From IMG/VR virus record IMGVR_UViG_3300005549_000008: DNA of 62,820 nt; one strand, 5' to 3'. Below the pieces are notes generated by a model that worked only from the letters and a program-made list of their open reading frames with translations, did no database searches and was not told the DNA's origin. A program made the translations under genes and the position numbers. Source of the DNA: an uncultured virus (IMG/VR IMGVR_UViG_3300005549_000008) (lineage: Duplodnaviria > Heunggongvirae > Uroviricota > Caudoviricetes). Below, piece after piece: positions 46,610 through 55,706 of this stretch. Within the stretch, counting starts at the first letter, position 1. Each line of letters opens with the position of its first letter.

Positions 46610-47614
46610 TCATATGCCCAATGCTTCCTTGAGAAGCAGGTAGGCTTCTTGGACCTGATGGTAACGAGCAACGATCTGGTCGTTGCCGGGGTTCTTGTCG
46701 GGATGAAAGCGCGCCGACATTCGGCGGTAGGCCTGCTTGATGGCTGCTGCGTTGATGTCCTTGGTTTCCCAGCCGCGCTTCGCGGGGATGCGGAGCACCT
46801 CGAGCGCCTCAGTGAGCTGGTCGCGCTTGATCTGCCGCGCCTCGCGCCCGGCCGGCTTCTGCCGCGACAAGCGCACGCTCATCAGCATCTCTTGGAAGGC
46901 CGCGTGAACCCCACCCTTGAAGTCTTCGGTGATCTCCTCGATGACGCTTGCGCTTTCGAGATCTCGTAGCCGCGTCTGCACGAACGCCTTGGACGGCTCC
47001 AGAATGGAGCCCGCGATCAGTTTCCATAGGAGCTTCGCTTCGTCCCCATCGCCGTCCACCAGGTGATCGCTGATGGTCTTAGGCTGGCGCGGACGCCGCG
47101 GCGCCACGCGCTCGCGCGTCGGCTTCGCCGGGATAACCTCGGACGGAGGGCCCGGCTTGGCTGGGTTGACCGCCGCAATAGCGAACTCGAAGGCGGTCAC
47201 GAATCGACGGTGCCCCTCACGCTGGGATGACTTCCGATCCAGGCCACCCTCCTGGAACTGTTTGACCGCGGCTTCGTAAGCATGGCGGGCATAGGTGGTG
47301 GCTCGGTTGATCCGGGAGGGCGACTCTCCCAGTTCCAGGTGCCGCCAAATCGCGGCTACCGGAAAACCTTCAAACTCGAGCTTCAGGGTACGCGCCCGCG
47401 CAATGTAGATGCTGACGCCTTCGCCGCAGAGCGAGGCGAGCCACGCGGCGCTGTACCCGTCCTGTCGCAGGATGGCCTTGCGATCCTCTTCCTTCATGGC
47501 CTCCCAGATCATGGCTTCGGAGAGAGCCTTCTCTCGCCAATCCTCGGTGGCGATGCGCAGGCGGTACTCAGCGAGAAACCTCTGAGCGTCGGGAGTGAGC
47601 GGAGGGTAGGCCAT
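46610..47614 (-). CDS. Protein with C-terminal J-domain
   Basis: IKQAYRRMSARFHPDKNPG..YHQVQEAYLLL. Confidence 0.85.
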   Translation of the reverse strand: MAYPPLTPDAQRFLAEYRLRIATEDWREKALSEAMIWEAMKEEDRKAILRQDGYSAAWLASLCGEGVSIYIARARTLKLEFEGFPVAAIWRHLELGESPSRINRATTYARHAYEAAVKQFQEGGLDRKSSQREGHRRFVTAFEFAIAAVNPAKPGPPSEVIPAKPTRERVAPRRPRQPKTISDHLVDGDGDEAKLLWKLIAGSILEPSKAFVQTRLRDLESASVIEEITEDFKGGVHAAFQEMLMSVRLSRQKPAGREARQIKRDQLTEALEVLRIPAKRGWETKDINAAAIKQAYRRMSARFHPDKNPGNDQIVARYHQVQEAYLLLKEALGI

Positions 47615-47617
47615 TGA

Positions 47618-48547
47618 TCAGAGCCCCTCGAGCTGTTTACGAAGGTCGTCGATGAGCCGATCCTTCTTGCGGGCCTCGGACTCGAGTTGGTTAGCCAGGG
47701 ACTGGCCCCGCGATTGCATCTCGATGAACCGATCCAGGATGCTGGTGAGCTGCGCGCGCCGCTCGTCCTTCAGAGCCTGCAGCAAGTCGTCGAGTGACGT
47801 GCGTAGCGCCGCAACGGACTGGAGCTCCTCCGTAAGCGACCGGGCGAGCCCATCCAGGGTTGCAAATTTATCGGTCAGCCTCTGATCCAATCCCGCAAAC
47901 CCCTGCACGACGCCCTGCAGGTGGGTGGCAACCATCGAGAGCTGGCCGGTCAACTCGGTGATTGTGTCCAGAGCCGGATCGGCGGTCGCGCCGGAGTCAG
48001 CGATTGGCTCTCCTTCGGGAAGATCCGCCGGCTCCGTGTACGTGGGATCGTGCGGCCACAGCAGCGCCTTGAGTGCGCGCCCGTCTTCGTAGAGCGCCGC
48101 CAAGGCAACAGTCAGAACACGCTCCTTCTGATCAGCGGTCCGGCAACAGTAGAGCACCGCGTGCGCATCGCGTTCTTCGGTGATCAGTTTCTGCTCGACC
48201 AGTCGGGACACGAATCCAGTAAACCAACTCTTAGACGAGAGCTCCTTCTCTGTAGCCTTGGAAATCTTGGCCGAGATCTCGAATGGTGGATGGAGCATGT
48301 CCCTCCGCGAAAAGACGGACCCAGATTTGGCCAGGTTGAGTAGCGCGGAGATAGCGAGCAAGTACCGGGCCCTGTTACGATCCTGGGCGCTGCGCGTGAG
48401 CTCATTGAGCCTGTCGCGAAGCTCGAGGGGGTCGATGTCTTCAGGAAAACTCATTCTGGGATGCTCTACGTGACCGGACCAGGGAAGCTTCCCCTGGTTG
48501 AGGAGGTTGACATCAGATTGATACCAAAGTAGCGTCCGAAGCCGCAA
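47618..48547 (-). CDS. Hypothetical protein, wHTH-like plus coiled coil (start uncertain)
   Basis: FVSRLVEQKLITE; C-terminal heptads. Confidence 0.6.
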   Translation of the reverse strand: MRLRTLLWYQSDVNLLNQGKLPWSGHVEHPRMSFPEDIDPLELRDRLNELTRSAQDRNRARYLLAISALLNLAKSGSVFSRRDMLHPPFEISAKISKATEKELSSKSWFTGFVSRLVEQKLITEERDAHAVLYCCRTADQKERVLTVALAALYEDGRALKALLWPHDPTYTEPADLPEGEPIADSGATADPALDTITELTGQLSMVATHLQGVVQGFAGLDQRLTDKFATLDGLARSLTEELQSVAALRTSLDDLLQALKDERRAQLTSILDRFIEMQSRGQSLANQLESEARKKDRLIDDLRKQLEGL

Positions 48548-48706
48548 CCCCGAAACCGAAGGAAGATGGTGGCGGCGTCCGCCGTAGGACGACGCGACGA
48601 CACAAAATGGACTAGGTCACCTTCACGAGCTACCCCCGGCAGCGTCAGACGCTCCATGGCTCCCCCCCCGGTCATGAAGCAGCGAAAGCGTTACCGGGGG
48701 TAGTTC

Positions 48707-49366
48707 GTGGCGGCGACTGATGGAAGCGACCTGATGGGAAACTGGAAGGAGGAGTTATTGCAGCTGGCGCCGATGATGGCACTCGCCGCAGGCGCATGGG
48801 TGGCGCTGGTTGGTTGGTTGGTTGGGTACTTACGGAATCGCCGCGCCGCTCGGGCCCTTCGGCCACAGCAGGAGGACATCACCAATTTCCACCCGTGGAT
48901 GCTGCTGAGTCGGCTTCGGAATAACCGTGAGCCACGGGAGATCCCGGCGGTTCCGGGCTCGGTCGTGCTCGAGGGGACCCTGCTCGGTGACATGCTGGCG
49001 GTGACGGTGGTGAGTATCGGTACCGATCCAATTCAGCTACCGGAACACATGTGGGATCTTGAGGTGGGTGACCGGTGGTACACCGTGAAACTGATGACCG
49101 CGCGTGGGGATCGATTGGACGAGATCGGTGTGGGTGAGCTCGACCGAGATCCAATTCTGGGTTCGCGTCCGGAGCCCGAGTATCGATCAGGGATCTTTGA
49201 CGGGGAGCCACTGACCTCTCCGCCGTACCGAAGTGTTGACAACAGGGGCTCCGCGGCGTCTCGTGTGCTGACCCAGAACACGGCGTTCGTGGTGAGCGGA
49301 GTGACGGACGAGGACGCAGAAAACGTTGTAGCTACCCTGCAACGAGAGTTGAATGGATCCAGATGA
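48707..49366 (+). CDS. Membrane-anchored hypothetical protein
   Basis: N-terminal TM; first gene of the rightward operon. Confidence 0.6.
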   Translation: MAATDGSDLMGNWKEELLQLAPMMALAAGAWVALVGWLVGYLRNRRAARALRPQQEDITNFHPWMLLSRLRNNREPREIPAVPGSVVLEGTLLGDMLAVTVVSIGTDPIQLPEHMWDLEVGDRWYTVKLMTARGDRLDEIGVGELDRDPILGSRPEPEYRSGIFDGEPLTSPPYRSVDNRGSAASRVLTQNTAFVVSGVTDEDAENVVATLQRELNGSR

Positions 49367-49707
49367 GACTTCTGGTGCGCGTGATGTTCTGGTTGGATGC
49401 GTTGGTGCTCGCTGTCTTGATGCTGGCTCCCGGAACTGTCGCGCCCTGGATGTGGGGCCTCGCGGCGCTGCATCTTGCCGCCGTCGGCTGGATTTGGAGC
49501 AACTGCGGGCTCGACTACCGAGCGGCCTACGAGACCGAGGTGGTGGCGCACCAACAGACGCGCGACTGGATCGAGAGCGAGCTCGTTCAGCGCAAGCTGG
49601 AGGCGGAGGTGATGGCGTATTGTCGCCAGCATCTTCAGTCTCAGGATCGCCGTCCGAGTAGAGAGCCAGCGACGGCGCGAACTTTTGACCTGAAGAAGTT
49701 GAATTGA
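49363..49707 (+). CDS. Two-TM hypothetical protein
   Basis: ATGA overlap; two TM helices then coiled coil. Confidence 0.6.
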   Translation: MRLLVRVMFWLDALVLAVLMLAPGTVAPWMWGLAALHLAAVGWIWSNCGLDYRAAYETEVVAHQQTRDWIESELVQRKLEAEVMAYCRQHLQSQDRRPSREPATARTFDLKKLN

Positions 49708-49741
49708 ATCAGCAAGACGATCGTCTTCTAGGAAAAGACCA

Positions 49742-51388
49742 ATGAGCACCGCCTCAACCCCAGCCGCCCCTCCGTCGCGTACGCGACAAGCAAAGGACAA
49801 GGTCAAAGCCAAGCGAGAGGAGCGCTTGATGCGCGCCGTGCGCGTGGAGCTGGTGAAGCCTCTCGGTGTCGAAACGTGGGATACGATCGGGCCGCTGCTG
49901 CGCACCTATCGATCGATCATGCATCGACTGACCAATGCGGCGGTGCTGGATGCGATCGAGATGGTCAACCGCCAGCGTCGCGGTGAAGTAATCAAGGCGG
50001 CCAAGGAGGTCTCGGCGCCGTACCACGACGGCATCCCCAACCCGCAGACCGCGGCCTACCGAGCGATTCCGGTCGAGCTCGCGAACATTCGTGACTGGTA
50101 CACGCGCGAGCTCGATCGTGTGAAGCGAGGCGGAGAAAAGCGCAAGGGTAAGAAAAAGCAGAAGGTGAGACAGTTAAAGCAGGTGCCGGTGGCGACCACC
50201 GAGGAATCACCGGAGGCGACAGCGCTGCGTGTGCGTGAGCGCGAGATCGCTCGTCTCAGTCTGCTGGCCAATGTAGAGATCCCGGGTGCGGTGCAGGCTA
50301 CCATTTCGCAGTACGCCTGGACGGCTGCAGGTCGCTGGTTGAAGGATCGCAGTTCGCGGATTCCGTCGGCCAAGCTCAATGCGCCGATCCCCATCCGGCG
50401 GGGCGATCCCAGTAACTACGATGCGCAGTTGCAGATGGACGATCAAGGACGACCTCAGCTGCGTCTGAAGCTGCGCGCGATTGGTCACGTGACCTTTGCG
50501 GTACGCGCGGGCCATGGCGCGAACTGGCAGCGTCTGCGTGACATCCTCTCAGGTAAGGGCGGCGCCGAGCAGGGCGACGTGAAGCTTGTGTACGACGACT
50601 CTCAGCGCGGCGAGGACGGGCGACGCCGGGGTAAGTGGTTTGCGATCATTGCGTTCTCGGTACCGAAGCCGGCACCGGCTGACCATCTCGATCCCCGCAA
50701 GGTCTTGGTGCTCCACCGCGGGCACCGGAATCTGCTCGTGGCGATGGGCAGCGACGGGGACTACCGGGTGGTGGCGCGTGGCGGCAAGCTCACCGCGGCG
50801 AAGCGACGGTTCAAGCGCCGCCGGGAAGAGCTGAAGCGCATCTCCCAGGCCGAGCGCGGCCCCGGCGCGACCGGTCACGGGCGGCGTCGGTTCTACGCGC
50901 TCCCAGAGTCTCTGGAGCACAAGGAAGCGGACTTCATCAAGACCTTCTGTCAGCAGCTCGCCGCGCAGGTACGCAAGCTCGTGCTGGAGCTCGGTTACGG
51001 TACGGTCAAGATCGAGGACTACGGCGGCATTGGTCCCGATGATGTGCGCTCGGTGAGAAGGTTTGTTGACCATCCGCCGTATCACCAGCTGCGTGATGCA
51101 ATCAAGAACGCTTTGGAGTCGATTGGTGTTACACTCGGCACCTATCCGCACGAATACATCAGCCAGACCTGTCCGGCGTGCGGCAATCAGGATGCCGGTC
51201 AGCACAACCTGCGCACCGGCATATTTCATTGTCGCCGCTGTGGGCTCGATCGGCTTGCGGACTGGGTGGCGCCCCTGCATGCTCTACGGCGTTCGAATGG
51301 CGGAGTGGCGGGCGCGTGGGAGGACATGATCAAGACCGAGCAGCGGCTCGGTGGTTCTTTGAAAAAAGAAAGGCCCAAACCGGACTGA
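49742..51388 (+). CDS. cas12f: Compact type V CRISPR effector (Cas12f/TnpB family), predicted nuclease-dead
   Basis: N-terminal VRVELVKP, IPS..PIPIR, KWFAIIAF, GHGRRR, RuvC-II GTVKIED, Zn finger SQTCPACG..CRRCG, RuvC-III LAD; RuvC-I reads VLVLHRG; adjacent tracrRNA and array. Confidence 0.88.
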   Translation: MSTASTPAAPPSRTRQAKDKVKAKREERLMRAVRVELVKPLGVETWDTIGPLLRTYRSIMHRLTNAAVLDAIEMVNRQRRGEVIKAAKEVSAPYHDGIPNPQTAAYRAIPVELANIRDWYTRELDRVKRGGEKRKGKKKQKVRQLKQVPVATTEESPEATALRVREREIARLSLLANVEIPGAVQATISQYAWTAAGRWLKDRSSRIPSAKLNAPIPIRRGDPSNYDAQLQMDDQGRPQLRLKLRAIGHVTFAVRAGHGANWQRLRDILSGKGGAEQGDVKLVYDDSQRGEDGRRRGKWFAIIAFSVPKPAPADHLDPRKVLVLHRGHRNLLVAMGSDGDYRVVARGGKLTAAKRRFKRRREELKRISQAERGPGATGHGRRRFYALPESLEHKEADFIKTFCQQLAAQVRKLVLELGYGTVKIEDYGGIGPDDVRSVRRFVDHPPYHQLRDAIKNALESIGVTLGTYPHEYISQTCPACGNQDAGQHNLRTGIFHCRRCGLDRLADWVAPLHALRRSNGGVAGAWEDMIKTEQRLGGSLKKERPKPD

Positions 51389-51566
51389 CCCCCAGAATCC
51401 TGGCAACGAGATGGTACGACGCGGTCGCTCCAAACCGCAAACGCGAGAGGTTAAATCCTGCTCGCGAACCCGTCGGTGCTCGCACCAGCGGGATTCCCGC
51501 TAGATCACTCTAACGGGAGGTCTCCAATCCGCCGTTTCGATGCCAGGTTTCTGGGAGTCAGTTCGG
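51380..51566 (+). repeat. 35-bp imperfect inverted repeat enclosing the tracrRNA
   Basis: 51380-51414 pairs with 51532-51566 (29 Watson-Crick, 3 G-U, 3 mismatches). Confidence 0.8.
51415..51531 (+). ncRNA. Putative tracrRNA
   Basis: Four hairpins; loop GCTCC (51427-31) complements the repeat 3' GGAGC; GGTCTCCAATCC (51519-30) pairs with repeat GGATTGGAGGTC. Confidence 0.8.
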
Positions 51567-51621
51567 GGCGCTCGTAATGTGCGGCGCAAGGTCGCGAGAT
51601 CGTTGGTCTGATAAAGCGCCG

Positions 51622-54138
51622 CTCGCGCCCGATCGCAGAAGGATTGGAGGTTGGAGCTGCTTTTGGAAAGAGGGCGACACCGCCAATGGGGCTCTCGCGC
51701 CCGATCGCAGAAGGATTGGAGGTCGGAGCGACCCCAGCCGGATTTCGGGGATGTGCAGGTAGGCGACTCGCGACCGAGCGTAGAAGGATTGGAGGTCGGA
51801 GCTTCATGAACCAAACCTCCACGCACAGCGTATAGAAGGATTGGAGTTCGGAGCGTTCCTTGCATGATCGTGGTCTTGCGGGTGTGCGAGCTCGCACCAA
51901 AGCGCAGAAGTATTGGAGGTCGGAGCACAGGTCGAGGCCTTAGCGCTCCGCCAGGCGATGATCTCGCGACGTCGCACAAAAAGGATTGGAGGTCGGAGCC
52001 GATAGGCGCGGATGATCGTTCGCTCGTCTACTTGCGCCTCACGACCGAGCGTAGAAGGATTGGAGGTCGGAGGGCACATCACGGCATATGCTTCATCGGC
52101 GTCGAGCACCTCGCGACCGAGCGCAGAAGGATTGGAGGTCGGATCAGCGCCGACTATGCGCGCATTGGACCTGCGCTCCACCGCTCGCGACCCGAGGAGT
52201 AGGAGCGATCATCGGTCACCCGGGGCGGTGCAGAAGTATTGGAGGTCGGAGCAGAATGACTCTCAAGATTGACAGCCAGCCGTTGGCAGCTCGCGACGGA
52301 TCGCAAAAAGGATTGGAGGTTGGAGCGTGACAGCCGCGCGCGAAAAGGATCCCGCGGTCGGGCTCGCGACCGAGCGCAGAAGGATTGGAGGTCCGGAGTA
52401 ACTCGTGGTGCGCTCGATGACGCCAGCTTTGCTCCCTCGCGATACAATATGATTGGAGTCGGAGCGAAGGGAACGACGAGTCGCTGAAGCTTCAGGTATC
52501 GGTGCAGAAAGATTGGAGAGCGGAGCGGTAAGTGCAGGGCTACACCGCTCTGGTGCGGGCCAGAATCGCGAATCGATCGCAGAAAGGATTGGAGGTCGGA
52601 GCTGAGGTCAGAACAGTGTTAAGCGCTACCCGAAACGAACCTCGTGACCGAGTACAAAGGATTGGAGATCGGAGCGACCAGCATGAAAGTCGAATCATCG
52701 GCGTTCGAATGCTCGCGACGGAGCGAATAAGGGATTGGAGTTCGGAGTATATTGCAATGGAAATCACACGCGAGTGCAGAAGTTGTGATCTCACGCAAAC
52801 TGGTGCAAGGATTGGAGGTTCGGAGCAACGAGCAGCGAAGGTCCGCCAGGCATCGGCATTGGCACTCGCAACCGAGCAGAAGGATTGGAGGTCGGAACTC
52901 GAAGTCGTTGCACCGGAACCCGGTAATCTTCGTTGCTCGCTACTCCGCACAAGAAGGATTGGAGGTCGGAGCATGGTGCGCGGCGAGTACACTAACCTCA
53001 TTCGGTCAGCGACCGGCTCGCGCCCGATCGCAGAAGGATTGGAGGTCGGAGCAAGAAATTGGCATGATCCGGAAGGCGGTTGCAGCGGGCTCGCGCTCGA
53101 TCGCAGAAGGATTGGAGGTCGGAGCGACCTAGGGCTCCCGTGGGACCAGGCCGCGGAGGAGCTCGCGCTCGATCGCAGAAGGATTGGAGGTCGGAACGGT
53201 GCGGGATCGATCTTGTGTTGCGCGTGGTGCTGTGCTTCGCGACCGATCGCAGAAAGGATTGGAGTTCGGAGCATGCGGTTGCAGCAAGTCACCGGCGATG
53301 TTGCAAATCTCGCGGCCGATCGCAGAAAGGATTGGAGGTCGGAGCTCCATGCAGGTCCGCAGGTAGTTGCGCGCGGCCTTCAACGCTCGCGACCGAGCGC
53401 AGAAAGGATTGGAGGTCGGAGCGACGGGAATAGTCATACCCTTGAGAACAGCACAAAGCTCGCGACTGAGGCGCAAAAGGATTGGAGTTCGGAGCGGGTT
53501 GAGGCTGGCTACGACGAACGGGACGCAGAAGGATTGGAGGTCGGAACTCGAAGTCGTTGCACCGGAACCCGGTAATATTCGTTGCTCGCGACTCCGCACA
53601 AGAAGGATTGGAGGTCGGAGCGAACTCACAAACCAAGTGCAGAAGGACTGGAGGTCGGAGTTTGTTCAAGCCCATGGCCTAGGCGACGTGCAAGAGCGGC
53701 CGCGCAGCTCGCGATGGGAGAGTAGAAAGGATTGGAGGTCGGAGCGGCTCCTCCTGGGTGTACGTATCGTGTCGGACTCACTCGCGACGGAGCGCAAAAG
53801 GATTGGAGTTCGGAGCTAAGTGGCTCCTTGGCAGGGCTCCCGGCGAGCTCTGCCTCGCGACCGGGCGCTCAAGGGATTGGAGGTAGGAGTGTTGCCATGG
53901 GACTCATCGCATAAGGATTGGAGGCCGGAGCGTTGAGGTCGACGAATCCAGCACGGATGACGACGGCTCGCGACGGATCGCAAATGGAATCGCCGATTGA
54001 GAGCGAAAGGACTGGAAAGCGGAGCATGGTCGAGGCCGTGTTGTTAGGGTGACGATCTTTGAAAGGATTGGAGGTCGGAACAGGCAGCTACGTCAGCTCG
54101 TTTGCTGGCGCGCATGAAAAAGTATTGGAGAGCGGAGC
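51622..54138 (+). CRISPR. Degenerate CRISPR array, about 37 repeats, consensus CTCGCGACCGA(T/G)CGCAGAAGGATTGGAGGTCGGAGC (36 nt), spacers mostly about 36-38 nt
   Basis: About 72-nt period with a recurrent GGATTGGAGGTCGGAGC core and unique intervening sequences. Confidence 0.93.
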
Positions 54139-54165
54139 GCAATGAGTACCAGGAAGGAAAAAACC

Positions 54166-54756
54166 ATGAAGATCAAATCATTCGAAGGTATTGTGCAACA
54201 CTGTCGAAATCTGCGTGTCGAGTTCGAGCGCGACGAGGCCAGGTTCTTCCTGGGTCTCTGGCACACCGAACAGCAGTATATGGAGTTCTTGCGTACCAAC
54301 GGATACGATGTATTTGCGCGTTTCCTGACAAACCATGATCTCTGTGATCCAGCTCGCTACGCGACATTCGCAGCTGGTTTGAAGCACCTGGACTCTCCGA
54401 ATGATGCGCTCAAGATCGGGGCCAAGTCGGTGATGGCGCTCTCGGCAGTGCACGACTCGCGCAACGTGCCAGAGTTCATCACGGCAGTTACGTCGTTCGC
54501 GGATCAGCACGGCGGTACGCTGCCGAGCCACCAGAAGGCTCGGCAGTTGTTGCGCCAGGTGGATCCCAGGAAGGAAACGCCGCGCGCGGTATCACAGGCG
54601 AACGAGAACGCCCGGCTGCGAGCAGAGCTGCAGCAGGTCAAGACGGAGCTACGCGCCAAGGAGGCGGAACTGAAGACTTGGAAAGTCCGTGCTGAGAAGG
54701 CAGAGAAAGCGCTCGGACGCCTCAAGGACTCGCGTGTCGTTGCGCGTCCTGATTGA
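54166..54756 (+). CDS. Hypothetical protein with C-terminal coiled coil, directly after the array
   Basis: AGGAAGGA RBS before ATG 54166. Confidence 0.7.
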   Translation: MKIKSFEGIVQHCRNLRVEFERDEARFFLGLWHTEQQYMEFLRTNGYDVFARFLTNHDLCDPARYATFAAGLKHLDSPNDALKIGAKSVMALSAVHDSRNVPEFITAVTSFADQHGGTLPSHQKARQLLRQVDPRKETPRAVSQANENARLRAELQQVKTELRAKEAELKTWKVRAEKAEKALGRLKDSRVVARPD

Positions 54757-54781
54757 CATCAGAATGATACCACTGTAGACG
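54753..54781 (+). promoter_or_regulatory. Sigma70-like promoter
   Basis: TTGACA-N17-TAGACG, 8 nt before ATG 54790. Confidence 0.45.
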
Positions 54782-54789
54782 AACACAGG

Positions 54790-55056
54790 ATGTCAAAGGG
54801 CTCTGGGGCGAAACCTAAGACCCAGATGAAGCTCGTGTTGACTTGCTTCGAGTGCGCTACACAGGTGCGCGCGCTGTTTGTGGATGAGCAGATCCATTCC
54901 AGAACACTCTTTCGGGAAACCGGCTGGGTGCTCTCTCTGATAGATCCAAGCGAAGCCTGTGTGGCACCCATCTGTCCCGGTTGTGCACGGATGCTCTACG
55001 GGGAAGAAATGCTGGAGACGGTCCGTAAGAAATTTGATGCCGATGAAACCGACTGA
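54790..55056 (+). CDS. Small Zn-binding protein
   Basis: CFEC...CPGC. Confidence 0.6.
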   Translation: MSKGSGAKPKTQMKLVLTCFECATQVRALFVDEQIHSRTLFRETGWVLSLIDPSEACVAPICPGCARMLYGEEMLETVRKKFDADETD

Positions 55057-55315
55057 CGCGCTGGTGCTTAAGCATGCCGGTAGCGGAGCCACTCGTTCGG
55101 TATGGCTGGACGGATTTGGTGGGGTCCCGCTCCGACCCATCGTGTACTGGCCCGGGGCGGGTCAGTATGAGTTGAGCCTGAAGGACGGTTCGCTGCTCGG
55201 TAGCGTCGCGAACGCCGCAGAGTTGCGACTCTGGAAGGTAGACGAGAACACGCTACGCCGGTTACGACGCAAGCGTCAGGCGATCGAGTTCGGTAAGCAA
55301 CGACCGGTGATGTGA
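55043..55315 (+). CDS. Hypothetical protein
   Basis: Operon-packed ORF. Confidence 0.5.
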   Translation: MKPTDALVLKHAGSGATRSVWLDGFGGVPLRPIVYWPGAGQYELSLKDGSLLGSVANAAELRLWKVDENTLRRLRRKRQAIEFGKQRPVM

Positions 55316-55316
55316 C

Positions 55317-55706
55317 TTGAAGCACGCAGTACTGTTTACAGGCTCACGCGACTGGAAGGATCCTGATCCAGTCCGCCGTGCAGTCATCAAGTATCCACCT
55401 GGCTCGGTGATGCTGCATGGGGCTGCCAGGGGACTCGATCGGATGGCGGCTTCGTTTGGCGCGCAAGCGGGCTGGATAGTAATCGGCATTCCAGCGATCT
55501 GGCGCCCGGTGCCGGGCGGCGAGATCGATCGCTCCGCCGGGCCCAAGCGCAATGCGCTGCTGGTCGATCTTCTGTTTATATTTCGCGAGCACGGTTACGA
55601 GGTGAGCGCGGAAGCGTTCCCGCTCGGCGGTACCGGTACCGCGGACTGCTGCGCGCGTCTCGAGCGGGTCTCGATTCCTGTGACCGAATGGAAGGTGACG
55701 TTATAA
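55317..55706 (+). CDS. SLOG / YspA-like (DUF2493) protein
   Basis: VLFTGSRDW, LHGAARGLD, AGPKRN, GTGTAD. Confidence 0.85.
   Translation: MKHAVLFTGSRDWKDPDPVRRAVIKYPPGSVMLHGAARGLDRMAASFGAQAGWIVIGIPAIWRPVPGGEIDRSAGPKRNALLVDLLFIFREHGYEVSAEAFPLGGTGTADCCARLERVSIPVTEWKVTL

Noticed and set aside
49742..51566. IS200/IS605 or IS607 transposon with TnpB
   Set aside because: No TnpA or serine recombinase; the downstream RNA pairs with a multi-spacer array, which fits a CRISPR effector
52532..53575. 347-aa ORF and other ORFs across the array
   Set aside because: The repeat core has no stop in any forward frame (RRIGGRS, KDWRSE, EGLEVGA), so long ORFs arise by chance in the CRISPR array
51622..54138. 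Self-targeting spacers within this window
   Set aside because: No convincing match seen by eye for the spacers inspected; short seed matches need a computed search and are not excluded
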